NCBI GenBank assembly: GCA_051874735.1
Contig: JBJEGD010000002.1
Span: 140,434 to 184,452 of the forward strand
DNA: 44,019 nucleotides
Source of the DNA: Candidatus Bruticola sp.
GTDB lineage: Bacteria > Vulcanimicrobiota > Xenobia > Xenobiales > Xenobiaceae
Reading direction: 5' to 3'
Shown piece after piece: positions 27,793 to 36,219 of this stretch. Position 1 is the stretch's first letter, and every line of letters begins with the position of its first letter. The position numbers were made by a program, and so were the translations under genes. The notes under the pieces were generated by a model. That model made no database searches. It was not told the origin of the DNA and worked only from the letters and a program-made list of their open reading frames with translations.

Positions 27793-29049
27793 ATGACAGA
27801 AGAATTAACTTCAAAAGAAGTAGCCCGCTTGTACAGAGACTACATTAATCCCGATTTGGCCAGAATGATGCGTATTACCGGCCTAGGCACCGTTGAAGAT
27901 CACGCTAAAGGTTCCTACGTATGGGATGTAAGCGGCAAAAAATATCTCGATATGGCCGGCGGCTACGGAGTATTCTGTGTAGGTCATTCTCATCCTCACG
28001 TTATTGCCGCCGTTGAAAAACAGCTCCACAAAATGTCCCTCTCAGCTAAAGTTTTCTTTACAGAGGCTCAGGCGCGTTTGGCTAAAAAACTAGCCGAAAT
28101 TACCCCCGGAGAGTTGCGCTATTCCTTCTTCTGCAACAGCGGCACTGAAGCTGTAGAAGGGGCCTTAAAAATAGCCCGTTTAGCTACCGGCCGCCCCGTT
28201 TTTGTGGCCATGCATAACGCTTTCCATGGCAAATCGACCGGTGGTTTAGCCGTTTCCGGCCGTCCGAATTACAGAACCCCCTTTGAGCCTCTCATGCCGG
28301 AAGTTCGCCACATTCCTTTTGGCGACGTCGACGCCTTGAGTGAGGCTATCGACGAGACCGTTTCAGCTGTGATTGTAGAACCGGTTCAGGGTGAGGGCGG
28401 CATCCACGTAGCTCCTGACGGCTACTTGCAGAAGATGCGTGAAATTTGCGATCAGCACGGAACTCTTTTAATTGCCGATGAAGTACAAACTGGCTTCGGC
28501 CGTACCGGCAAAATGTTCGCTGTAAACCATTGGAATATTGCTCCTGATATTTTGGTTGTAGCTAAAGCGCTCAGCGGCGGAATTCTACCTATAGGTGCTT
28601 TTATCGGCACTCCCAAGGTTTGGTCAGCTTTTAAAGGACGTCCCACCATTCACACTTCAACTTTCGGGGGCAGTCCTCTGGCCTGCACGGCAGGTTTAGC
28701 AACCCTTGAAGTTTATGAGCAGGAAGATCTCTGTCGAAAAGCGGCAGAAAGCGGCGCGTACTTTAAAACAAAATTAGAAGAATTAGCGGCTCAGTATCCT
28801 GATTTGGTTAAAGAAATACGCGGTTTAGGTTTACTTTTAGGCTTAGAATCTACCAAAGAGGAATATGCCGGTTCGCTTATTTCTGAGATGTCCCATAGAG
28901 GTGTCATAGCTGTTTATACTTTAAATCAGCCTAAAGTTATTCGTTTTGAGCCTGCTTTAGCTATAACTCGTGAAGATATAGATATATGCTTGAAAGCTCT
29001 AGCTGAATCACTGGCCCAAACTAGAGAGCTTTTTGCCGGGCGCACGTAA
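27793..29049 (+). CDS. Class-III PLP-dependent aminotransferase (PatA/PigE-like omega-transaminase)
   Basis: YLDMAGGYG...GHSHP; NSGTEAVEGALK; AFHGKS; EPVQGEGG; DEVQTGFGRTG; PLP Lys in VAKALSGG; HTSTFGG. Confidence 0.92.
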   Translation: MTEELTSKEVARLYRDYINPDLARMMRITGLGTVEDHAKGSYVWDVSGKKYLDMAGGYGVFCVGHSHPHVIAAVEKQLHKMSLSAKVFFTEAQARLAKKLAEITPGELRYSFFCNSGTEAVEGALKIARLATGRPVFVAMHNAFHGKSTGGLAVSGRPNYRTPFEPLMPEVRHIPFGDVDALSEAIDETVSAVIVEPVQGEGGIHVAPDGYLQKMREICDQHGTLLIADEVQTGFGRTGKMFAVNHWNIAPDILVVAKALSGGILPIGAFIGTPKVWSAFKGRPTIHTSTFGGSPLACTAGLATLEVYEQEDLCRKAAESGAYFKTKLEELAAQYPDLVKEIRGLGLLLGLESTKEEYAGSLISEMSHRGVIAVYTLNQPKVIRFEPALAITREDIDICLKALAESLAQTRELFAGRT

Positions 29050-29375
29050 AGAACTAGGAAGCTCGAGGATAGAATATCTCTTTCCTTCTTTCCATTGGTC
29101 CGTTTTTGGGGTGTGCTGAAGCTGATTTTCCGCAAGTAGCTCTGATTTTTATACACAATTGGCTTAAGAAAGTCCTACCCACAGAACATGGGGAGGTTAG
29201 GTCTGCGGCTGCCGACGGCTTTGCCTTTCAGGCATAGTTATATGATTAACGAAAGCGAAGCAGCTGCGGAAAAAATGAGGAGAGCGGCGCCTCTCCACAG
29301 CCGTCAGGTTTAGTAAAGCTGGCCCGGCGGTAGTTCGCTATCGTCCCAGTCCCAATAGCAGTAACCGGAGGAACT

Positions 29376-29816
29376 ATGACTTACGTAGTCCGCAGTATCG
29401 TCGCCCAAGGCGACCCCAAAGCCGCTTATGAGCTCGCCAAAGACATGGAAAGCTTTCCTAAATTTATGCCAGACGTCCAAAGCATAGAGGTAGTAAAACG
29501 CGGCGATCATATGACTATCACCGATTGGAGTACAGAAATTGACGGTACCGAGCTTATCTGGACGGAAGAAGATCATTTTGATGACGAAAATCTTACCATC
29601 ACTTACAAACTTATCGAAGGTGATTTAGATAAATTTGAAGGTCAATGGGTCTTTGAGCCGTGCGAAGAAGGCTGCAAAATAACCCTATCTGTCGATTTCG
29701 ATTTCGGTATTCCTGAGCTTATCCACCTTATAGGCGGTGTGCTGGAAATCAAAGTGACAGAGAACTCAGATATGATGCTCAACAGTTTAAAATCGCGCAT
29801 TGAAGGACAGGCTTAA
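29376..29816 (+). CDS. SRPBCC/START-fold (polyketide cyclase/dehydrase, CoQ10-binding-like) protein
   Basis: DMESFPKFMPDVQSIEV...WTEED...EGDLDKFEGQWVF; GGAGGA RBS. Confidence 0.88.
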   Translation: MTYVVRSIVAQGDPKAAYELAKDMESFPKFMPDVQSIEVVKRGDHMTITDWSTEIDGTELIWTEEDHFDDENLTITYKLIEGDLDKFEGQWVFEPCEEGCKITLSVDFDFGIPELIHLIGGVLEIKVTENSDMMLNSLKSRIEGQA

Positions 29817-29819
29817 CTA

Positions 29820-30929
29820 GTGAACCGTTTCGGCTTCTTAATACACCCTTTAGGAATGCGTGATATTATCCGCCATCTCCCCAATGTAGCGGGTAAGCGT
29901 GAACCTCTAGTAAAAAAAGTATTAGAGTGGACGCCTTCTTATCACGCTTCCCATATTACTGGCGTAACCTCAGCCTTTGACGGCAGCGAAATTGAAGGCG
30001 ATTTTTACACAGTGCCTCTTTTCCCCCAGCAAATTACTGGTCTAGATCGTCAGTTTGTTCTTGAACGCATTATTAGTGCTTGTCGACTAGCTCAAAACGA
30101 TGGAGCTCAAATAGTTGGTCTCGGAGGCTATACTTCTGTTGTTGGCTCAGCAGGCCTGACTGTAGCTAAAGAAATAGACATAGCCGTTACCAGCGGCAAT
30201 AGCTACACTGTAGCCACCGCTGTTGAAGGGGCCACATCTGCTTGTGAGCTTTTAGGTTTAGATCCATCTCGAGCGGTAGTAGCCGTAGTAGGTGCGACCG
30301 GTTCCATTGGCAGCGTCTGTTCGAAGATATTGGCCCAAAAGGGTGTAGGAACTCTAATTCTGCTGGGCCGCTCTGAACAGCGTTTAGCCAACGTTGCGGA
30401 AGACATACGCTCTCTTTACCCTAATACTGATATACAAATTTCTATAGATATGGGAGCTAATATTAGACGCTCCGATCTAGTCGTAAGCTGTACATCTTCA
30501 GGCGGTGATATTTTACAGCCATCTATTTTCAAATCAGGTTCAGTAATCTGCGACGTCGCCGTACCCCACGACGTCTGCCGCGAAGTAGCTCAGCTGCGAC
30601 CTGACGTCTTAGTCATTGAGGGAGGCGTCTGCGTAGCCCCTGGCAAGAATCCCCAATTCAATTTTGATTTTGGCTTCCCTGAAGGCATATGTTTAGCTTG
30701 CATGGCTGAAACCATGATTTTAACTATGGAAGGACGCTTCGAAGATTTTTCTATTGGCCGAGGTCTACAAATAGAGAAGGTGGAAGAGATCAGCCGTTTA
30801 GCTAAAAAACACGGCTTTAAACTGGCCGGATTCCGCGCTTTCGATGAGCCGATCACGGCTGAGCGCATTGAACAGGTCAAGACCTTATCCAAAGAATACA
30901 ACAAGGAGCAGCGCACTTTCCAGTTATGA
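29820..30929 (+). CDS. Fatty acyl-ACP reductase-like NAD(P)-dependent reductase (often auto-annotated as shikimate dehydrogenase)
   Basis: FGFLIHP N-terminus; GLGGYTSV; TSGNSYT; VAVVGATGSIG Rossmann motif; DVAVPHD; ACMAE with the putative catalytic Cys. Confidence 0.8.
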   Translation: MNRFGFLIHPLGMRDIIRHLPNVAGKREPLVKKVLEWTPSYHASHITGVTSAFDGSEIEGDFYTVPLFPQQITGLDRQFVLERIISACRLAQNDGAQIVGLGGYTSVVGSAGLTVAKEIDIAVTSGNSYTVATAVEGATSACELLGLDPSRAVVAVVGATGSIGSVCSKILAQKGVGTLILLGRSEQRLANVAEDIRSLYPNTDIQISIDMGANIRRSDLVVSCTSSGGDILQPSIFKSGSVICDVAVPHDVCREVAQLRPDVLVIEGGVCVAPGKNPQFNFDFGFPEGICLACMAETMILTMEGRFEDFSIGRGLQIEKVEEISRLAKKHGFKLAGFRAFDEPITAERIEQVKTLSKEYNKEQRTFQL

Positions 30930-31864
30930 CAGAGCAGACAGAAAGTAAAAAAATTAAACGTGTTGTAAGCGTCAGCATAGGCTCCTCAGCCCGCGACCAC
31001 AGTGTAACGACAGAACTTTTGAGCCAGACCTTTGAAATTTCTCGTCGCGGCACCGACGGAAATTTGCGCCGGGCGAAAGAACTTATCGGAGAGCTAGACG
31101 GACAAGTCGACGCTATAGGACTAGGTGGTCTTGACGTTTACTTATACAGCAAAACTAAACGCTACGCTCTGCGCGACGGCTTGAAACTTTTACAAATAGC
31201 CCAAAAGACTCCGGTAGTCGACGGCAGCGGTTTAAAAAACACTTTAGAGCGCGAAATTATTCACATGTTATCTTCAGATGCGCGCATTCCGCTCCGAGGC
31301 AGCAAAGTCTTGATGGTCTGCGCTCTCGATCGCTTTGGCATGGCTGGAGCTTTAGAAGAGGCCGGCTCCAAGGTAACTTATGGAGATCTTATCTTTTCTC
31401 TCGATCTCGATCAGCCTATCCTTAGCCTTGATGAATTAGCAGAAAGGGCTGACAAGTTATTGCCCGACTTCTGCAAAATGCCCATCAGTATGCTTTACCC
31501 TACAGGCCAAAGACAAAATGCAATTGAACCTTCTCCACTAACTGACAAATACTATCTCGACGCAGATATTATTGCAGGCGACTTCCTCTTCATACGCCGT
31601 CGTCTTCCCGATCAGTTGCAAGGCAAAATTATTATTACTAACACGGTTACCAAAGCGGATCTTGACGAATTGCGCAAACGTGGTGTAGCATATTTGGTCA
31701 CTACTACGCCTGAATTTAACGGACGCTCCTTCGGCACCAATGTGATGGAGGCCGTAATGCTGGCAATTTTAGGCAAAAAGTGGGAAGAAGTTAAACCGCA
31801 AGATTATCTCGATTTAATCAAGCGCCTCAACTTCCAACCACGCATTGTTAAGCTTCAAGATTAA
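30926..31864 (+). CDS. Conserved protein of unknown function (family often labelled 'quinate 5-dehydrogenase')
   Basis: KRVVSVSIGSSARDH; RRGTDG; DGQVDAIGLGG; VDGSGLKNTLER; GRSFGTNVMEA; ATGA overlap with the reductase. Confidence 0.7.
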   Translation: MTEQTESKKIKRVVSVSIGSSARDHSVTTELLSQTFEISRRGTDGNLRRAKELIGELDGQVDAIGLGGLDVYLYSKTKRYALRDGLKLLQIAQKTPVVDGSGLKNTLEREIIHMLSSDARIPLRGSKVLMVCALDRFGMAGALEEAGSKVTYGDLIFSLDLDQPILSLDELAERADKLLPDFCKMPISMLYPTGQRQNAIEPSPLTDKYYLDADIIAGDFLFIRRRLPDQLQGKIIITNTVTKADLDELRKRGVAYLVTTTPEFNGRSFGTNVMEAVMLAILGKKWEEVKPQDYLDLIKRLNFQPRIVKLQD

Positions 31865-31915
31865 TCTTCTCGTTTTCATGATAAACGTACTTAACGCTAT
31901 GCGCCGGAGGCAGAT

Positions 31916-32440
31916 ATGGCTAACGAAAAAACTAATTATTTAACTAGACAAGGACTGATTGAAGCCCAACAAAAACTTCAATACTTGAAAACAACGAAGC
32001 GTGAACAGATTGCCGAGCGCATTCGCGTAGCCCGTGAATTCGGCGATATTTCAGAAAACGCTGAATATGAAAGTGCCAAAGCTGAACAAGGTTTTGTCGA
32101 AGGTACTATTAGCGAACTTGAACGCGTGCTGCAAAACTACACCATTATTGGCGAATCTGCCGATGATGGCGGCGCCCAGCTCAGCGAAGTAAATTTGGGT
32201 ACTTTGGTTACCATAGTTAATATGGATCTCGATGAGAACGGTCAGGAGGAGCGCTACTCCTTGGAGTTGGTTGGTACTCGTGAGACCAATCCTCAGGGCG
32301 GCCGCATTTCCAACGAGTGTCCCTTAGGTGCAGCTTTGCTCCATCACGGCTTGGGGGATATAGTCGATGTGAAAACTCCTAGCGGCGTTATTTCTTGGAA
32401 AATTGAGAAGATTCAGCCTGTAGGAATCAAAAATGCCTAG
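31916..32440 (+). CDS. greA: Transcription elongation factor GreA
   Basis: AREFGDISENAEYESAK.EQ; RISNECPLGAALL; V.VKTPSG. Confidence 0.96.
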   Translation: MANEKTNYLTRQGLIEAQQKLQYLKTTKREQIAERIRVAREFGDISENAEYESAKAEQGFVEGTISELERVLQNYTIIGESADDGGAQLSEVNLGTLVTIVNMDLDENGQEERYSLELVGTRETNPQGGRISNECPLGAALLHHGLGDIVDVKTPSGVISWKIEKIQPVGIKNA

Positions 32441-32478
32441 TTTATATATCTAGGCTTGAATTCTTCCGCTTAATTTAG

Positions 32479-32528
32479 AGGTTCCGCCTTAAGCCGCATG
32501 CAGGCACCATGAGACGGAACCTTTTTTT
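32479..32528 (+). terminator. Terminator-like hairpin between greA and lysS
   Basis: aggttccg ... cggaacct followed by a T-run. Confidence 0.65.
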
Positions 32529-32562
32529 ATAACAGCTCATGTAAAACAGAGAGAGGTTATTA

Positions 32563-34533
32563 ATGAATCAGGAACATAAAAAAGATAAGCGTCAAGCTGT
32601 TCCAGAGCTCAGTTTGAGCGAACAGCAGGCAATCCGTATCCAACACTTAAAAGCTTTAGAAGAGCAGCACCTAAATCCTTACGGACACAGTTTTATCCGC
32701 ACTAAAAATGCAGCTTTTATTAAAGATAAATACAATTATTTAGAAAAAGAACAGGAATCGGAAGAAGAGGTTAGTTTAGCAGGCCGCATTACTGCCTGGC
32801 GAGGCCATGGTAAGGCTTCTTTCCTTGATCTGACCGATCTTTCTGATCGCATTCAGCTTTATTTCAAATACGATGTTTTAGGCGAAGAATCGTATCAACG
32901 CTTAAGTTTAGCCGATTTAGGTGATTTAATTACCGTCAGAGGCCCAATATTCCGCACTAGCCGGGGTGAACTTTCTATTAGGGTAAAAGAGTGGAGCGTA
33001 GCTGCTAAAAGCTTAATTCCACCGCCGGAAAAATTTCATGGTCTTACCGATGTGGAAGTGCGCTACAGGCAGCGTTATGCTGACTTAATAGCCAACAAAG
33101 ATGTACGCGAAGTTTTTGTCAAGCGCAGTCATATTGTTTCTACTATCCGTCGCTATTTAGATAATTTAGGGTTCTTAGAAGTAGAAACTCCCTGCATGTC
33201 TTCTGTAGCTGGCGGCGCTTCAGCGCGTCCTTTCATAACTCATCACAACGCTTTAAATGCGACTATGTATCTGCGCATTGCTACGGAGCTTCATTTGAAG
33301 CGCTGTATAGTAGGCGGCTTAGAAAAAGTTTACGAAATCGGGCGTATCTTCCGCAATGAAGGTCTGGACACCAAGCACAATCCTGAGTTTACCACTATTG
33401 AACTTTATGAGGCTTGGAGCGATTGTGCTGGTATGATGAGAATTACTGAAGGCATTATAGATACTTGCTGTCAGGAAGTTCTGCATACTCACAAAGTTAA
33501 CTTTAGAGGACATGAAATTGACTTGCGTCCTCCCTACCCGCGCCTAACCATGGATTCACTCTTCCAAAAATACGCAGGTATTTCTATTAAGGAGCTCAGA
33601 GAACCTGGACGCGCTAAAGCTAAAGCTTTAGAGCTGGGCATTAATTTAGGAAACAAAGAACATACCTTAGCCCATCTTATGGACAAAATCTTTGAAGCTA
33701 CTTGCGAAGAGCATTTAATTCAGCCAACTTTCGTTACTGAGCATCCCACTGAACTCTCTCCTTTAGCTAAGCGCAAAGACGACGATCCTACTCTTACTGA
33801 TCGTTTTGAACTTTTTGTTTGCGGCAGCGAGTTAGCTAATGCTTTCAGCGAAGTTAACGATCCCTTTGATCAGCGCAAACGTTTTGAGGAACAGCAGGCT
33901 CTGAAAAATCTCGACGAAGAAGCTCATCCTCTCGATGAAGACTTCCTTAATGCCCTTATGTACGGCATGCCCCCCACTGGCGGCTTAGGCTTGGGTATCG
34001 ATCGTTTAGTTATGCTCTTAACTGGTCAGAATTCTATTCGCGACGTCCTGCTATTCCCGACCATGAAACCTACAGATTCACCTAATAAGAGCGACAAACC
34101 TGAAACAATGACTCAGGATCTTTCAGTCAGCGAGCAGACGACTCCTACAAATGAAATCAATTTTTCCAACGTAGAAATTGAGCCGGCCTTCACTGAAATG
34201 GTTGATTTTGAAACTTTCTCCAAGTCAGACTTCCGAGCCGTTAAAGTGTTAGCTTGCGAAGCCGTAAAAAAATCTAAAAAACTCCTTAAGTTTACTCTCA
34301 ATGACGGCACCGACCAAGAGCGCACTATTTTAAGCGGTATTCATGCTTACTATGAGCCGGAAGAACTGGTCGGAAAAACTCTGCTGGCTATAACTAATTT
34401 ACCTCCTAAAACCATGATGGGCATAGAATCCTGCGGTATGCTGATTTCCGCTGTTCACCGTGAAAACGGCGAAGAGAAGCTACACCTGCTGATGCTCGAC
34501 GAGCATATTCCTGCTGGAGCTAAAATGCACTAA
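32563..34533 (+). CDS. lysS: Lysine--tRNA ligase (class II) with C-terminal Trbp111/MetG-like tRNA-binding domain
   Basis: RYRQRYADL; GGASARPFITHHN; FRNEGLDTKHNPEFT; YGMPPTGGLGLGIDRL; extra C-terminal OB domain RTILSGI...NLPP..MMGIESCGM. Confidence 0.97.
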   Translation: MNQEHKKDKRQAVPELSLSEQQAIRIQHLKALEEQHLNPYGHSFIRTKNAAFIKDKYNYLEKEQESEEEVSLAGRITAWRGHGKASFLDLTDLSDRIQLYFKYDVLGEESYQRLSLADLGDLITVRGPIFRTSRGELSIRVKEWSVAAKSLIPPPEKFHGLTDVEVRYRQRYADLIANKDVREVFVKRSHIVSTIRRYLDNLGFLEVETPCMSSVAGGASARPFITHHNALNATMYLRIATELHLKRCIVGGLEKVYEIGRIFRNEGLDTKHNPEFTTIELYEAWSDCAGMMRITEGIIDTCCQEVLHTHKVNFRGHEIDLRPPYPRLTMDSLFQKYAGISIKELREPGRAKAKALELGINLGNKEHTLAHLMDKIFEATCEEHLIQPTFVTEHPTELSPLAKRKDDDPTLTDRFELFVCGSELANAFSEVNDPFDQRKRFEEQQALKNLDEEAHPLDEDFLNALMYGMPPTGGLGLGIDRLVMLLTGQNSIRDVLLFPTMKPTDSPNKSDKPETMTQDLSVSEQTTPTNEINFSNVEIEPAFTEMVDFETFSKSDFRAVKVLACEAVKKSKKLLKFTLNDGTDQERTILSGIHAYYEPEELVGKTLLAITNLPPKTMMGIESCGMLISAVHRENGEEKLHLLMLDEHIPAGAKMH

Positions 34534-34557
34534 GCCCGCCATAATCAGAAATAAGAC

Positions 34558-34601
34558 AAAAAAACCGTCTGACTTCTTTCTAATGAAGCAGGCGGTTTTT
34601 T
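34558..34601 (+). terminator. lysS terminator
   Basis: aaaaccgtctg ... caggcggttttt. Confidence 0.8.
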
Positions 34602-34799
34602 ATATCCTGAACGGCGGATATTTTTATCTTTTAGCATATTGAAGCGACTTAGCTTACTAAAAAAACGATTTTAGCAAGAGGAAGTATTATATTTATGCTA
34701 ATCTGGGTAGTCAAAGAATCTGCTCCTACTCAATTATAGGAAAGATATTTGATATGTAGTAAGTAGAGAGTATATTTTATTAACCCGGATCCCCTATAT

Positions 34800-36131
34800 A
34801 TGAAAAAAAGCCCCTATATTATTTTATTGGCAGCACTACTAGTTGCCATTATTTTTTATGAAGTTCGGCCTTTATTTGCTTTTGGAATGTTCTTTCACGC
34901 AAGTTTGGCCTCTATGACACAGTCTAATATACTCTTTATGACCGCTTGCCTGGGGGGAGTTTGTGCATACTGGTTCTTGCTGCCGGTCAAAAAAGTTGAG
35001 CTTCTAATAGCTTTAGTTCTGGGGTTAGCTCTTGACGGTAGCTTAATCTGCTACCGATTAGCCCATGTTATAAACGATCCCCTAGAGGAACATTTGCTAT
35101 GTTTAGTCGATCTGGGACCGGGCCTTCTCGCGGGAGCTTCTTTAGCTATAATATGGAGAATTGTTCAGCATTATCGTCAAAAACAATTTGAAGAAGTAGG
35201 CAAATGCTTAGAAGTACTGGGCTTAGCTCTAGCTATGCCCGTTATCTTGAGCTTAGCTTCTGTAAAATGCGATCCTTACGTATACGATCCCCATTGTTAT
35301 GCGCTGGATTCTCTCTGGGGCACTCAAATTAGCTTTATTCTTTCTAAATTTTTGCGAAGTTCTTTACCCCTGCGTCTTTTTATGACGGCCATCTATGTAT
35401 ATTTATCACTTTACATGATGCTGGCGCAAATTATTGTTTATAAAGATAATGAACGGCTCGGACTTAAACATAGCCGCTTTTTGATTCCTGCCTTTTACTT
35501 TATTTTAATCGGTGTTTGCGGCAGCTTCATTTACGAATTTTTTCCTGTAGTCGGCGTAGATTTGTACTGCGGTCAAAACCGTTTTCCCGATGGTCCCTGG
35601 CCGACGGCTAACATGAATCCGGTTCCTATTGCCGCCCCTCCTCAATTTATCCGCAACGGCATGCCCAGTCTGCACTTAGCTTGGATTTTAGCTGTTTACT
35701 ACTCACTGTACCGAGCCAAGCCAATTTACCGCTACATAGCTTTAGGCTTAATATTTTTTACCGTATTGTCAACCTTCAGTGTCGGCTGCCACTACCTAAT
35801 CGATCTACTTATAAGCCTGCCCTTCTGTACAGCTTCCCTATCTGTAGTCATGACTGAAGCGCCTAAAAAACTGCGCCTGACTGCCTTTACTATTTGTACC
35901 GTTGCTACAGTAATTTGGCTGGTCTTATTTAAGTATAGCATAAACTCAGCTTTGGCATTCCCGGTCTTAACTAACATTCTACTGATTTTTACCGACATAA
36001 TTTCTCTATACTTAGCTAATCTTCTCTGCCGTTATTCAGCTAAGGAAGTGCAAAAAGCCATAGAGGCAGCTTCTACCAAGACTCAGCAAGTCAAACAAGA
36101 CCATCAAAACATTTCTATAAACGAAACATAA
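34800..36131 (+). CDS. Polytopic membrane PAP2-superfamily protein, Aur1/inositol-phosphorylceramide-synthase-like
   Basis: Many TM segments; RNGMPSLHLAW and GCHYLIDL (compare Aur1 PSLH and HYFVD). Confidence 0.8.
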   Translation: MKKSPYIILLAALLVAIIFYEVRPLFAFGMFFHASLASMTQSNILFMTACLGGVCAYWFLLPVKKVELLIALVLGLALDGSLICYRLAHVINDPLEEHLLCLVDLGPGLLAGASLAIIWRIVQHYRQKQFEEVGKCLEVLGLALAMPVILSLASVKCDPYVYDPHCYALDSLWGTQISFILSKFLRSSLPLRLFMTAIYVYLSLYMMLAQIIVYKDNERLGLKHSRFLIPAFYFILIGVCGSFIYEFFPVVGVDLYCGQNRFPDGPWPTANMNPVPIAAPPQFIRNGMPSLHLAWILAVYYSLYRAKPIYRYIALGLIFFTVLSTFSVGCHYLIDLLISLPFCTASLSVVMTEAPKKLRLTAFTICTVATVIWLVLFKYSINSALAFPVLTNILLIFTDIISLYLANLLCRYSAKEVQKAIEAASTKTQQVKQDHQNISINET

Positions 36132-36219
36132 AAAATTAAATCTAAACTAAATATGAACAATGCCCATAACCATTATTTTTTGCTTTCTATCGACACTTTA
36201 CTAAAAAAGCGAAATCAAC

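Noticed and set aside
27793-29049. Assigning argD or patA
   Set aside because: Class-III motifs do not fix the substrate, and the gene context points elsewhere.
29190-29240. c-di-GMP-I riboswitch (GAAA...GCAAAGCC on the minus strand)
   Set aside because: It lacks the GGCAAACC and GGGACGC context and is antisense to the downstream genes.
29188-29313. 41-aa small ORF in the spacer
   Set aside because: No convincing RBS or recognisable motif; compatible with chance.
29820-31864. Shikimate/quinate catabolism
   Set aside because: AroE motifs (SxSP, NTD, NRT) are absent and there are no aro genes nearby.
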